The notes beneath the pieces are model-generated. The model had not been told where the DNA came from, did not search any database, and saw only the letters and a program-made list of their open reading frames with translations. A stretch of 64,000 bases of DNA from Phoronis australis (Eukaryota; Animalia; Phoronida): positions 241,225 through 305,224 of the forward strand of contig NMRA01000039.1 in NCBI GenBank assembly GCA_002633005.1, read 5' to 3'. Both the position numbers and the translations under genes were made by a program. This document shows, in pieces, positions 35,350 through 50,300 of the stretch (positions are counted from its first letter, which is position 1; the number at the start of each line of letters is the position of its first letter).

Positions 35350-38300
35350 ATGGCAGGTAAGTTGCATACATTGTAAAAGCTTACTCATTCGATACAAACT
35401 TCGTCCATCTCCGCGCGAGGTTATTATGTACGTCACTACACTTAGTACTTTCTGGGAGTAATATACATATTGGTCCAAGGTACTTTATAACGTCGTTCGG
35501 AAATGACGAATTGTATCGAATAAGCGTGAATGTAAGTGCAGGTTGCCAGTAAATCTTCAACTTTTTACCGTTACGGTTAAGTAGAGAAATGGACTGAAGA
35601 CGCATTGACGCATGATAATTTAATTGTTCAATTTACGTGGACGATTAGAGAACGGTTTTGTAAGTGAGTTTTAGTTTAGTTTCCTTATTTTTACTACTTT
35701 ATTGATTTTGTTATGAAAACTTTTATTATGAGCAAAACAGTAGGAGCAGGCAGAGTCTATTAATGATACACTGTACCATGTAAGCAATTTATTGGCGACT
35801 ACAAACGGAAATCAAATTGCAAAAATCTCCAAAGATATGTCTGTAGAATTTTGTAACCTGTACAAGTACTCGCAACTGTGTGCGGTACACTTCACTAACA
35901 ATTTTACATGTTTAGGAATTCCATATTTGTTTTAAAGACGGCACGTCTCAGTGAAATAATTCTAGTGTGCGCCAACGTAATTGTCAGAAAGTAAACAAGT
36001 GCTTTGGCTCCAATGGTTGTCCCATGTAAAATATGCATACGCATACATATGCACACGCACAGGCACACTCACACACACACACACCACGCAGACACACACA
36101 CACCACGCGCGCACACACCACGCGCGCACACACCACGCACANNNNNNNNNNNNNNNNNNNNNNNNNCCACGCACACACACACACCACGCGCACGCACGCT
36201 TTCACACACCACGCGCACACACTCCACGCACACACACACACACACCACGTACATGTACGCTCGCACACACGTCCTAACATCACTGAAAGCATCAAAGCCT
36301 AAATGGACAGATACAAAAACAACAATTGTAGAAAATCACCTGTTCTGTTTCCACTGACTGGTGACGTTGTGAGTTGAAATGAAACGATTGGATGCATGCC
36401 AGAATTGTTTTGTTGAATTTTGTGATATTCCGCAGGAAACGATATGCAGACATCATCGGCAACGTTCAAATTTCTGGAAAACGTCCACAAAGCTATGGTC
36501 GAATCTACCTGCATAACAGGATGCCACGTGAACAATGGGTTGAAAGTCACTGAATTTCTCCAACCTGATGAGATCATGGTAACACAGTTTTGGTCTTTCT
36601 TCATTTTACGGGCAGCACATCTTGAACAATCTTGGCAGTGAACATGGCATCAGATACGAGGCCATTTTTATGCGCCCACATGCACATAATATTATGTGGT
36701 CGCGTATTGCCGAGCGTCTGGCGTCCGCTGCTGTCTCTCCAAAACTTTTGAGAGGTTCTTAACAAGTCCTTAGCAGATTTTCATGATATTTGGCAAAAAG
36801 CTTTCTATTAAAGAAACTAGGAGGCCTTCCCACTTTGGATTGATTCGCCGTATTCTGCACTACCTTGTGGCCTTATTGTTTTTCTGTGTTTGACGTCCAC
36901 CTATCTACCTGCCAAACCGCTCAAATGATCGTGATGGAAATTGACAGATGTCTTTCTTTTAAGAAGAGCACGACTGACGTTGGTTTTCGAACGGATTTGA
37001 CGACTGTGGCACGACCCAAGTGGCATTTTGTGTATCTGTGGCTACTCCGAATAGAACTCAAAACCTCAACGGTTGCATTCTAATGCTTTGCTGGCGGAAT
37101 TAAATCTCACACGATACGTGACGACTTTAAATTCCAAATTTGAAAATGCTTGCACTTATACGATATTATCCTAGCAAGTATGCTAAAATAGCAGATAACA
37201 AACCTATCTTCTGCTGTTTTGTTTTTTGATCGATTAAGGCATTCACACCGCAGTATTTCGGGAGCTCTCTCGCTGCTACATACCGTAGTTATGTAAAGAC
37301 ACATACTTGTAGGCACCCTTGTTAGCCTATGCTGTAACCACCGCGCACTTTTAATGCCGATGGATAACAAGCCTCCTCCAATCGTCAGCATTGATCTTGT
37401 CATCTACGCAAACACCACTTGGGTGAAGTTGGCACGGTACGGCCAGATGATTTTGTGAAGCGCTTTGAATCAGAAGCAAATTCAAAATTATTATTCAATT
37501 TGTCATCATTGTAGTTAGTAGTGCCAGTAGCTGCAACAATTTTGTTGTTGCTGTACATCTGTATCCTATCTTTAACGGATAGGCTGGGGCTGGACCTTTT
37601 CCGCGGGGGGTTCGATCGCACCCGCCCCCCGAACCCTCCTGGCTACGGGCCTGTGTTTTTAGTTGAATCTTGTTTTTGGCTCTCAAGTGAGAGGCCAATG
37701 GTGTAGCCTACTAGGGACAGAACGAGCATTGGTTGATATCACTAAAACAGGGTTTTGTATCCTTTTAAGTACCTTGCTCAAGGACTCAGCCACGTGACTG
37801 CAGCAGTCAGGGATTGAAACCACGACAGTTTGGATAAGAGTACTGTACCACATTAAACACACTGCCACATTGGCAGTACTTCTTCAACCATTTCACATTC
37901 TTATCCAGTGCTGAGGTCGGGGTACTATGATATGAAGCAGTCGTGTCCTTTACTAAAGTTGTGACTTAATTCAACTGCTGTTTTTCAAGAGGCAGATAGA
38001 TTTCGAAATTGGCGAAGATGGAACCTCAGATGACAAACTTCTACAACTGTGTAAAACAGCTATGAAGCACAGTGTGAAATCAGGTACGATGCACTTCCTA
38101 ACTGAACATCCGGTTATAAAAGTTGTTTGCAGGACAACCCTCGTGGAGCATAACCAATTCGCACACCTTCTTAGAGGGACCACACCTGCTCGGACAGTTT
38201 TCTGTCGCTGTGTTGGAGCACCATTCTGTGCCTATTCATTAGCGGACCCATGTAGCTGTGATCCACTCCCTGAACCAATCAGCTCCTTTGAGTGCTTATG

Positions 38301-41300
38301 TGTGTTCACGCTGGTCACCGAGCAATTTAGATAGTTGCAAAATGCCCGTTCACGCATAAATAAAAATAAACCCGAAATCAGTGACATTAATGGTGTACTT
38401 GTTCTTCCAAGAACGCGGTAACACCTGAAGATGGCCGGTGAAATGACTTACCAACAGGTCGTGCCAATTTAGACTAAAGGTTAGTGTAAATAGACTAAAA
38501 CATTCAAGAAATCTTAGCCTACCACTATCACCACCTCAAAGGAAGACGAAGTTCTTGTGTTTTACCACTTCATAAATTGACATTTTATAGGAGCTAAAAT
38601 AAGAAAAAATGTTTTACATGAAATAATGAGTTATGAATGTAAGTGATACATGCAACAATTGGTGATTTCTAAGTGTACGCACTGAGTGAACTCGTTCAAA
38701 CCTGGCGAGTTGTGCGGCTTGGGACTTCCTCATGGTTCATCTGTTACCTGATTTGGTACGTGTACCTGAACCCGCGGTCATTGATTTATGAAGCCGAATA
38801 CACCCGCTGCAGACGTGCTCCGCTAACCGGCCATTTCTGATGACAGCTTCAGACAGGACATCATTTGCTCGCACCATCTCACCATCTTTGAGAAAACAAC
38901 TGAAACGTACCCTGTAACGTACCCTGTGACTATACCTTCATACCATATTTACCATGAAAGTAGTAGGATGACAATGTAGTATAGACCTAGCGTTACACTG
39001 TTTAATGGAAAAATGTCGTTTTTTTGTCCAGGACATCGCAACTTCTTCAATCAGCTCTACAGTGGCATTGATCCTTATGGTTTAGCAGGAGCTTGGATCA
39101 CAGAAGCCCTTAACACCAATGTGTAGGTTTACCTTTAAGGTTAACAATACAAGTGTCTTTTTATACGTTCTTGTAATTGAAATGACGTTTCGTTTGCTAA
39201 GATGTCATCTTTCGACCTAGTGAGTCGGGACTCGATATTTAGTAAGTTCGATGTTTGGGTCCTAATCGTGTGGCCAATTAGGAAGTCAGGTATATTAAAA
39301 ACTTTTCATTTCTTTTATGTAAAATGTTGGACTGTTCAGATTGTTGCATGGGTATATCCGGGGAATCTGTCGGAGGTCTGTGGTTAACAGGCGCCAAACT
39401 TTTGAATTATTGAGCGAGTAATCTATGAAGCTATGTCTTTGAATTAGTGGGGAACTCGAAATCTAGCAGAGGGCGCTTAGTGAAACAACGCTTTTGTTTG
39501 AAAATGTATGCAGCCAGGTAATCATGTGGGACTCTTTCTAAAGATACTCCCATGCTTTATCGGATTATATAAAGAGCGGGAGATGGGGACCTTACTAACA
39601 CCATTTACTGGGCTTCGATTCTTTTATAAAGATCATGATTTGTTGTTGGAATAGATACTATCTCCTCGAATACCCTTTCAATGTTAATTTCGTATTGTGA
39701 CATGTTATTGCTTACACCAACATTGCACTATACCCTACTAGTGTAAAATCGCTTGCCTGTTTTGTCTCCGTGTTGTTTCTCATTGATCGTACGTGACGGG
39801 ATCCTTATTTACACCCATTTCAGGCACACCTTTGAAGTTGCGCCCGTATTCATAATGGCGGAGCATTACATGATAAACAAGATTTGCCAGCTCGTGGGTT
39901 ATCCTGATGGTGATGGTATATTTTGCCCAGGTAATTGCACTGGGTTGTCGTAGGACATGACGTCGAATTGCTGTTCTGCTTTCATGGAAAGAACCACCAC
40001 CCGACTAGTTTTCTGCTATCAGTGACTATTCTTTACTCCGTCCAGGGGATTTCACGGCTTTATTGGCTTGTTTAGAGTTTATTTGGTGATTTTCAGTTGC
40101 TGTAGGTTGTTTGGCAGCTGTAAGACATTCATGTAATTCCCCAGAAAAATAGCAACTGAAGAAATGCGGGGTCCATTCCGAACGTGTGTGTACGAATTGT
40201 GCATTACCATATGTAACGTGCCCTCAGGAACATATGGATTTTTGTAGCGTAGGCCCACTAACGAAGCCTTATTGGTAATGTTCACCTGTACCAGTCCAAA
40301 AATATTATTTTTCGCAGTGGAAGTAAGGAAGTTTGCTACATATTTTTGAAGTACTTTAAAACATCATGCGTATTTTCAGGTGGAACAATGTCGAACTACT
40401 TTGCAATACATATTGCTAGGTTCACCTATGACAGGAGCATCAAGCAGACTGGGATGAAAAACGCTCCCAAGTTCCACCTTTATTACTCACAAGAGGTAAA
40501 TACACTACGTTAGTACGGCGATAATTCTTCTTGGCGAAATCGAAATTTCTGGATAATTTTCATATGATTTAGTCTTTTTGTTCTCTTGTTTCATTCTAGG
40601 TTTTCGATTCCCAGTTACGGTTCCTGATTTTTCTGTGTTCATTTTATATATTTCATTACTGGCCAACCTCAGCGTCTATTTTTACTATATCTAATTATTT
40701 ATTTAAACTTCTTTAAAAGACTGGGTGACCACTTCAGCGAATACATTGATTTTCAAGTGGGCCCAGTCGGAAATAATTACATGAAGTAAAATACAGACAG
40801 CTATATAAAATTAGATTGAAAAGATAATAAATGAAATAAATTAGTGTAAAATTAGTTAATGTGTAGAATTTGGTGAAAAAATAAGTTAGAATAGAGTAAA
40901 ATAGTGATAAGCTGAGGCCTACAGTAAGGAACCACGCACAAAGTCTCAGTGATTCTGTTTGAAGACGTGGACATTGCACGCGTTCGCGACTGCAATCTCC
41001 AACTCGTTGTAAGCGAAAACACCTCTGCAGGCAAAAGTTCTTTTGCCGCACTCGGCTGTTTTTGGGTTTAACTGGTACAAGGCAGCTCTAGTAGTGTAAC
41101 TGTGAGAATCTTTGGCTGCCTTGAGTTTAGTAGTAAGGTAATTGGGTGTGAGGCTATGTGCAGCGAAAGCTTTCTTCTGGTCCAGAAAGATAGCACCAGT
41201 AGCTAAGATCCCAAGATAAGTGTCCACTATTCTGTGCTCGAGTATAATGTGGATTTACATGGGTGACTGTAATCCAAATTTGCACTTGATGAACACAGCA

Positions 41301-44300
41301 GTAGAGTCTTAAGTTCGAGATTGAACTCGAAAGTTCGAGTTTTTACTCGAAATCTTGAGTTTTTACTCGAATGTGTAGCTCATATATAGGGGATATCAAG
41401 TGCGACTTTGGACTCGCAGTGATGTGCACAGAATAGCAGATAATTATCTTAACTTCGTAGTAAAGAAGAAAGGTAAATGACAAAAGTATTTTCGAGTTCG
41501 ATTTCGAGTGAAAAGATTAGATCTTGGGCCCAGATCCTCAGGGCGTCGGATTTATTGTCATTTACCTTTCTAGGTTTACACAGCCATCCCGTAAACCACA
41601 GTGTACTCGAGTACAGACACTTATCTTGAGTTCTTACCAAAGTAGAATGGGAAAGGTTGCAAATATTTCAAGTTCGGTTTCGTATAAAAAGATTATGTCT
41701 TGTGTCCAGATGCTCAGGTCCTCTGGGTTGTTTGAAGTGGACGACCTTAACCACGTTCATGCACCTCTTTTCGATACAGTGTAGGTCGCTGCACCTCTAG
41801 TGAGATGATGTTAGAATCCAAGCCTCTTTTCTAACGGGAACAAGTTAAGTTTGTAATATCTCTCGTTCTTTGTAAATAGGGCCACTATTCACTTAAAAAG
41901 GGTGCTAGTTTCCTCGGATTTGGTCTCGACTCCTTGGTATCTGTTCCGACCAACAAAAACGGCGCTATTATTCCGGAGGAATTCGAGAAAAGAGTGCTTG
42001 AGTCTAAGCAGCAGGTAGGTTCACATACAACAGCAATATTTTCCAAGAGATACCGGGAATTTCCGTAGATAAGCCCATGGACGTGTATTCGCGAAATAAA
42101 AAATTTCAGCCGTTTTAGCAACACCAAAAAACGCACGGGTGTGTATTCGGAAAAGGGGGTATGTAAACGGAATGTCATAGTTTTGCTGAATTGACATTAT
42201 AAAACTGCGTTTTTTAATTTATGTTAATAAATGCATAGTTAACCAACACCTTGTTCGTTTTTTATCAACGAGAAGTGCTCCACAAAACTGAATTTGTGAC
42301 AAAAAGTTGACGCTGAGCCGACTTTTAAGAGGAAAATTTCCAAATAAACGCCCCACTGTCTGGACACTTGACACCACAAGTTGTAACACCAAATAAACGC
42401 CCATTGACTGTACTCGGCATAATTTGCCGAATAAACGCCCATGGGCGTTTCATCGGATGGGCTTATTTATGGAAAATCCCTGTAGCTGTGGCGATGAGGT
42501 GGTTCCCTGAGAATCGACGATATACCAATTCCAGATTTCATTGTTACTTACTAGGCTAGTACGTAATACATCTCGTCAATGTGACAAAATTCGTATTTTC
42601 AATGGAAAGTAGCCGTCACGAGCACATACATGTACATTATATCCCGGAGAGAAAGAATGTCCTTCAGCTCATACTTACATGTAGGTTCCCGCTATTAGTC
42701 ACATTACTGTGGCTCCATCGGAGATGTTTGACATGTTCTTGAAAACCAGAAAGGTTTCAGATTCTTGTTTTAGTGTAACTGCAGTGGTATGTTTATGAAT
42801 GCAGACTTGTCAGAATATATAAATAGACCACATGCAAGTTGAACCATACCGCGAATTCGTCGACAGGTCGCGTTTTTGTTTGCGTAAAATTTTCTCTTCC
42901 TATTCCAAGGGCGCTGTCCCCTTGTTTATGATGGCGACTAGCGGAACGACAGTTCTCGGTGCGTTTGATCCCCTGGATGAGTTGGCAGACATTTGTCAAA
43001 GGCATGGGATTTGGCTTCATGTTGATGTAAGTAACTGAAATAAGTCGCTTATACACTGTAATACACACCGTTCAATAACATTATTCAACAGGTTAAGAAC
43101 AATTTCCTCATTGATTGGGGAGCATGCATTATGCACGGTGGCAATCTAAGTAGGGGGCGGGGAGAAATAACAGCCTGAGATAGGCATGAAGTGCGCGAAA
43201 CTGTTATTCAGACGCAGTGTGAGAACTAAATTTTACCTACCAATCGCACGCTTCCAATGGACTCTTTCAAAGACCTAGAAAACTGCAGTGCGTGACTGAC
43301 ATACGTTTCAAAATGTCCTACTCTCTTATTTGCTCCTTTCTCCAGTTTCATCAGCTTTGCAAAATTAAAACACATTACAATGAAGAATGAAATATTAATT
43401 ATGAAATGAGTTTGCGACTAGTACATTTGCAGATGGTGTAGCAGCCAGGACAGGTTCTTGAAATGTTTTGCATTGTGGGTAAATACCTTAGAATGAGAGT
43501 AGGGTTGTGCCAACTGAGCCGTAGTCCTACCCAGATATTGGACATTGAGTGTGTAGCTCCTGATATCATAGACATCTTGACCAACAGATACTAAAAAACA
43601 GCTAACACACACTGTATTTAGACACTGAAAGTAAAAATGCAAGATCCATAGTTTTACATGTGCTTCCCTTTGCATCTAGCAAATCATTATTTCGTTTGAT
43701 GTAGCAGTAACCTGTATCAGGTGCATGTTTATTCACACCGGCGTGTCAAAAGGGTATACTGAGGTCTAATTTCAATAGTTAAGTTCCAAAAAATAGAATG
43801 TTTTCGTTACTGTAGGCTGCATGGGGAGGCACGGCGCTAGTGACAAAGAAACACAGGCACTTGATGAAAGGGGTTGAAAGGTAAATTGTTTCCAAATAAA
43901 CTTTTGTAACGCTAGACAACCCTCAAGAATTTGGAGGAAACTTGAAAGCTCCTTTGGAAGTCTGTTAAACGAGCAAGCGTGACCTACGCTTTTAGCATGT
44001 TACACGGCAACTCTGGGAATAGACCACCCACCAAGGAGACAAAGAGACTTTCGACTTCGGCGGTGGAACTCCAACCCGTATATACGTTGTAAGTTGGCAC
44101 CCAACCGCCTGCCACCAATACACCTCCCTCCATAGCGACGCTGCCGATTGAAACTTTTCTTCTGTATACTGTAACATGACGCCATATCCAACCGGCAACT
44201 GAATACCGGTAATCTAGCTCCCTCGTACTGTTGCTTGGAAAGGTATTAAAATCATGTTTCAGTCGCCTGGTATAACTAATGTTCTGCGGAGAGAGGGGTC

Positions 44301-47300
44301 ACCAGGCTCAATGTGCCACCGCACTGGCGCATTATTCATGGATTGCCCAGATGTTCCTTTCAAATTCAGACAATGAGCTCAGAGGTGGTTTAGAGGGACT
44401 CGGGGACTCTTTCACATGTCTTAGAAGGACATCTGATTTTCGGGGTCCCGCCTTCGTTTACCTTCTTTCTAAAATTCACGTCCTTCAAACTAGATTTTTG
44501 CGCTTAGGCCATTGTCAGTGTTGGTGGTTGTTGAAATTCGGCTTCTTATTGAGTGCACAATGAACTTGCAGGGATATTGATATATCACGAACAGCAATAG
44601 ACGTCGTAATCATAAGCTGGCATCCCCAGTACCACAGCAAGCAGAAGCAGATATAATATTTGTGTAGATCACTTCATTTTAGCAGCCAACTGTTCAAATG
44701 TTCATAAATTCCTGGAAACTGGTTGCAGTCTATCCAAAATCGGGTACCAGCTTACATGTACCTAGAATACGATCGCCTTCCTCTAACACTTTCTGGGTTC
44801 TTCACAAGTCTTTTTTGCTCTGTGGTACGCGGGCATCGATTTTTGCTCTCCGTACAAAAATCAGTCAAAGGATGATTATTTTCATAAACTATGTGATGCT
44901 TACTTGTTCCAGATCAGACTCTTTCGCCTGGTGTCTGCACAAGATGATCGGAGCCCCAGTTCAATGCTCAGCTTTGGTACTTAAACAGAAGGTGCTGTGA
45001 AATTTTCTTATAATTCGTTGTAATTCGCGTCTTTGCTAGAGTATTTCCGTCTGCCTAACACATAGAACCAGTGCCGGATTATTCATTAAGCTAAACAAGT
45101 TACTGTACGGCTTACTTAGGGGCTCGCAAGAAAGAATAGCCCCGACTCGCACCGGCTGTTGGAAGTTGTGTCAAGTAGGTGATATATTGTTGCCACCGCA
45201 TCATGGCGGTATATGGAGAATCCTTGGAGAATATTGCCGATGCTAATCGTACTAATCATTGAGCTGGTGTCTATGGCTAGACAAAGGTCCTTAAACTGAA
45301 AAATCTTAGTGACCATTGAATGTGTGTCTTCTTGTGACTGCATTAGTCAGTTCCTAAGCTCCCACTTTTTCTTCCTCTCTAGGGTCTTTTGGCGGAATGT
45401 AACAGTGCCCACGCAGAATATCTCTTCCAACCAGACAAATGCTATGACGTCAGTTACGATGTTGGTCAGTTCAACTTGCATGTATACCTTTACTTAACCA
45501 ACTGTATATGGTTAAAAGTACACTTATCCCTGTTCCTCGTTCTGTCACCTGCTAATGTATCATTGACATCAATCTTCCAAGTTAAAGGCAGGAATCAATT
45601 AAAAACTTATACTCTCTATGTCACAGATTGGGATTAAAGCCCTTGGTGGTAGTCTTTCTCCACAATTGCCGTGTAATTCGCTAGAAGCTAAGTCACACTT
45701 GCCCGTTTAGCAGACTTTGAAAGGAGTTTTCATATTTTCCTCCAAACTTTTGAAGGTTGACGAGCGTTACAGAGTGTTTCAGAGAACTTTATGGGAAGGT
45801 CGTTTTTAGTATCTGTCAATTGGCCAAAACCGGGTTTGGTATGTTTGGTATCCTTTTAACTGTAGTCAGATTGGAATAAAAAGTGACATGCAACAAAAGC
45901 AAGCAAGTGAAAACCATCAGATTATCTGCGACAAGATGTAGACCACAATTTCGTATAAATTGGGAATCAGATAAGCCACTATTTAGTGAATGAGTGTATA
46001 TTATTTAATATCAAATTGAAATATAGATAGATAAACAGACAGATATGTTATATTTAAATGTTTTCAGTAAGTACATGCTTTTCGTTTTTAGCTGACATGT
46101 TTTATTATTTTGGTAATAATATCTTTAATCGTAAAAATCGTTACTTGCACCTTCCAGTCAGCAGCACGGTCATATACATGTTTAAAGGTCGACCGTAATG
46201 AATGACTAGGACATTCACTTGACCATAGGTAGAATTATGGTTCCAGCTGAAAACGGCCATTTATGAAACTTCCTCCCATGGATTGGCGCCCATTAAATAT
46301 GAGAGTTTAATGTTGTATCTAAACACCATTATTTATTGTTCTGCCGCCCACAGACTGAGAGGGCAGTAAATTTATTAGCTTTTAAATTAGAAGTTTCTCC
46401 AATGGATCAATATTTTGTTGTTTTTTTTGATTTCTAAGAATTAAAGAAAAACAGTAAGCTTTCAGAATATGAAGACGATTATACGTCGCGGTACCCTATC
46501 GGTTTCTCGCGATATCGGCACGCCACAAGCGTTTATAATTTTTGAATCGTTGAGAATTCGTGGACGTGACAGGGGAACAGACGTGATTACTCAATTACAA
46601 ATTGTATATCTTATTCAGGTTTTGTGTGAGTCATGAATTAGTCGTGACTAAATTTATGACTTTGTGGCCACTGTTATTGAAATAGATTTTTCAAGGTTTT
46701 CATTGGATCGCATACTGATCCTTATATGCTTAATTTCGCCTAGAGAGTGTAAAAACCACTCAAGCTGTAGATCTTTTTGTTGTAAAGCAAAGAAAGTGGA
46801 ACATGAGGTCGCGTTTGGCAGTTGAGAATTATGTACAAAAAATAAATCGCGTTTGTCGAGTGAAGCCCGTATGGCTGAAGGCGACACCGGCAATCTACTA
46901 ACGTCGCATTGTGCAAGCTGGGGTTCACCCATTGAAATCGGACGTGTGTAGAATCTTTCACTTATACTTAAGCCGGCTTTAAATTGGCTACAACTTATTT
47001 CCAATATATATTTTCAACTAAATAAATCCTTTTTTTTCAAATTTTATAATTTACACTAACCACATGTGGCACACCATCCTTTTTAAATTACAGTTGATCT
47101 AGGACTCTATTGGCACCCCTGTGCATTGAGCCACATGAAAAACTAAACTTTAGAATTTAACTTTGCAAAAGTATATATTTTCTGATAGCAGAAATTCCGT
47201 AGAATATGATAGCGGACTTTGTATCAGTCTGCCAATACTGATTTTACCTGTCCATGATTTTTAGTAAAAGCAAAGTACTTTGTAGCAAAATGATAGGACC

Positions 47301-50300
47301 AATTAAATAACCAAATCTCATATGATATAAATGTTCAAGATAAAGTCTTAAAAATGCTGTTACCGTTTTTATTTATTTTTTTTCGCAAAAACCATTTAAG
47401 TTATATTTTGGAAGTCACTCAATCATGCAAAAATGCAACGTTTTAGAACAATTCCTTACAGTGTTTTGAAGAACAGTGCGCAAAGTATATCTGAAAGTTT
47501 CATATGAACCTGTTGTCAGATATATATTGTTCAGAAGTTAATCAAGGTAGAACATTTTTCTAGGGTCCTACATGACCGTAAACTAGCTTTCTCACTACTA
47601 TTTCGCGAAATTTAAAAGAGAGAAAAGTTCTGTGCCAGAAAATCCGCTGTGCTCGTGCGAGTCATCACTTCACCTACTTTACCTCTCACCTTAGTTGGGA
47701 GTTTTACATTTTAATTTCTATTAAAATGGAGAAATGATTTCTCAATAGAATAGTGCCAACGATTTTCCTCCTTTCTTTTGTCCATTGGGGAGATTTCTGT
47801 GAACGTGTTCTACAACTACTTTTGTAGGTGACAGGTCGTTGCTGTGTGGCAGAAAAGGGGACGCACTAAAGATATGGCTGCTGTGGAAAGCGAAGGGAGA
47901 TAAGAAAATCGAGAGTGAAGTTGACAAAGCTTTCGAAACCTCGCAGTAGGTCGGCCTGTAATTGATAATATAAAGATGGTGGCTATATGTTGGTTTGAAA
48001 ATGTGCTTAATTAGGTGGCGAAAACAATTTCTCAGCCACAAACGATAGGTTCAGTGAGGTCGGGATAATGGCACCCCTCTCCCCTCCCTCTCCCCACGAC
48101 AAAAAAGCGTTGGCATGCCGTTTTTAAGGGTAATGGCCATATTTCCTTTGGAAATTGTGGCCGAAGCTTTCCCCCTTCCTTCCCACATCCTACATTGGCA
48201 TAATTACATCTGGAAAGAGTACAACTACACCACATTAACTTTGAGGAATTGACGAGAAACGCGCCTTTCATATGTACATGTACTACTAAGCCTAAGCTTT
48301 ATGTAGGGGCGAAGGTTTTTATCTACTCTATGCATATGTCTTAAAGGGACATTATTGCTTGTGCAGCCAAGAAGCGCGATTTTGTGATTATTGTGGAATG
48401 GGGTTGACTTTTTGATATTGTTAGCGTTGACCAGTGCTGTAAAACAGTAAAATACTCTGCGATTTTGTCACACTAAATCACCGTTGTCTGCCAGACATTC
48501 GCGCAAATTAAGATTGGAGCCTTTACCAATTTAAGTACCCTTAAAATACTCTGCTACTTAACGCGTGGCATTGGGCTGCACTGCAGAGTTAATGAGTTCG
48601 AGTCTTCGCTGGCGGCAAATTTCTGTGTAATTACTTTTCTTGCCAAGATTGTCCCTTTAAACCGGGAGTTCTTGTTTGTGTTTTTTTCATTCTTACTGAT
48701 TTCTATTTACTATTTAAATGTAAATACTCATCAACAGCTGCCATTTTATAACGGATAAGTCAAGGTTCACTCGCAAAATAGTTTTTAAAACTTCCGTTAT
48801 ATAGCGCAGTTTCACACGTAGGCGTACGGGCATAAATACGCGCATGTACAATGTCCTTTGTCATTTGCTGCTCTTGATTGACTTCGCCGGTTCCACCGGG
48901 TCAAGCAGCCAAGAAATACCTGTGGTTTTTTATGCCAACTTCCGGCTTACAGACCGGCGGAACAGACGAACTCAGTCACATTATAGATTATAGACAAACA
49001 ACAGATTAGCAACTCCAACATTTTCTTGCGAAATATTCTAGAGGAGGCGCCACCCTCTAAACATAGCAAGCTCAGCTTACGGTTAGTGTATTGTGACAGG
49101 AAATTCTTCCATCTATTTTACTGACTGGTACAACGAAAAAATGATGATTTCGGCAGTGAAACGTTGTTCAATGTATTTCAATAGTAAACTCCTGAAATTT
49201 TGAGTGGCACCGGCGTGCATTCGAGCTTAAGATGAAACGTCAAGTAAACTGTTATTGAAGTGCGAGATTGGTTTTTGAGAAGTTAACGTTTTACGAGCGT
49301 TCAAGTTATTTAAACACGGCTGTGAGTTCACGAAATCGCCGATCCAAATCCCGACGAAATGACCATGATTATTAGACGACGTACTTTCCGGAATCATTGC
49401 TTGCTATATCTGCCAGGTGTCGCTAGTGAATAATGACGTCAGAACTTATGCGTAACATCACAGATTTTGTCCATCTATGATAGTGTATGATCGCATGCAG
49501 CCGCTGACTGTGACGCGCCCGAGCAAAGCCAATGCACGCGCCTCGTGCTGTACTTTTAAGTGTTGTATTGTGCAACAAATACTTTCACAGTTGTATCATC
49601 GCGCCCCACATCTCGCCAACATGGGTGGCGCATCATAGGGGGCTGGGGTGTTATAGCCCTTACTTACTTCAGTGCTGCGCAGCCCATGATTTCTGCTTGT
49701 TAGCTCAAAGAGTCCTGTTCACGGTTGCACGAAACAGTTTCAAATGGGGCTCGACCAAATACCTAATCTGATGTGTATTCAGTTTCTGGGCTTGTGAAAA
49801 CACTAATTGTCATGCTGTTAGTTTGAGCAATAATCTAGCTCATTGGTATGAGTGAACTCTATGTCAAATTCTCAATATTACTGGAAATAAATAGGGACCT
49901 TTTCATGAAATGCCCACAGTTTAAGGATTAAATCCTTAAATATTTTGGTTGAATTAAGGGTTCTGTTTGTAGTTATATTATTAGAAAATGTCATTAGGAA
50001 AATAGGGGATCACAATGAAGATAAAATGATAGAAAAACATTACACATGTGAGTTATGAATGAAACAAATTCGCAAAAGGTTTAGGGAAAGTTAGTTGAGT
50101 CCCGAATAGAGATTGTTTCATGCAATCGGTCACTGTATTCTTGCTTTGGAATACTTGAAGGGTTTTCCTGGAGAAAGTCAAAGACCGAGACGGCTTCGTT
50201 CCTGTTCTGGAAGAGGTAAGGAGACTCGGGTCTGTAGATTTAAGTCCGGAATCGTTACGGATATACAATATATACCATAGTATACTAACCTCAACTTGAG

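Noticed and set aside
35962-36357. His/Thr-rich and Cys/Val-rich ORFs
   Set aside because: Translations of a CA microsatellite in intron 1 of the decarboxylase.
49140-49170. TGATGA...GAAACGTT resembling a hammerhead core
   Set aside because: No convincing stem I or stem II pairing.
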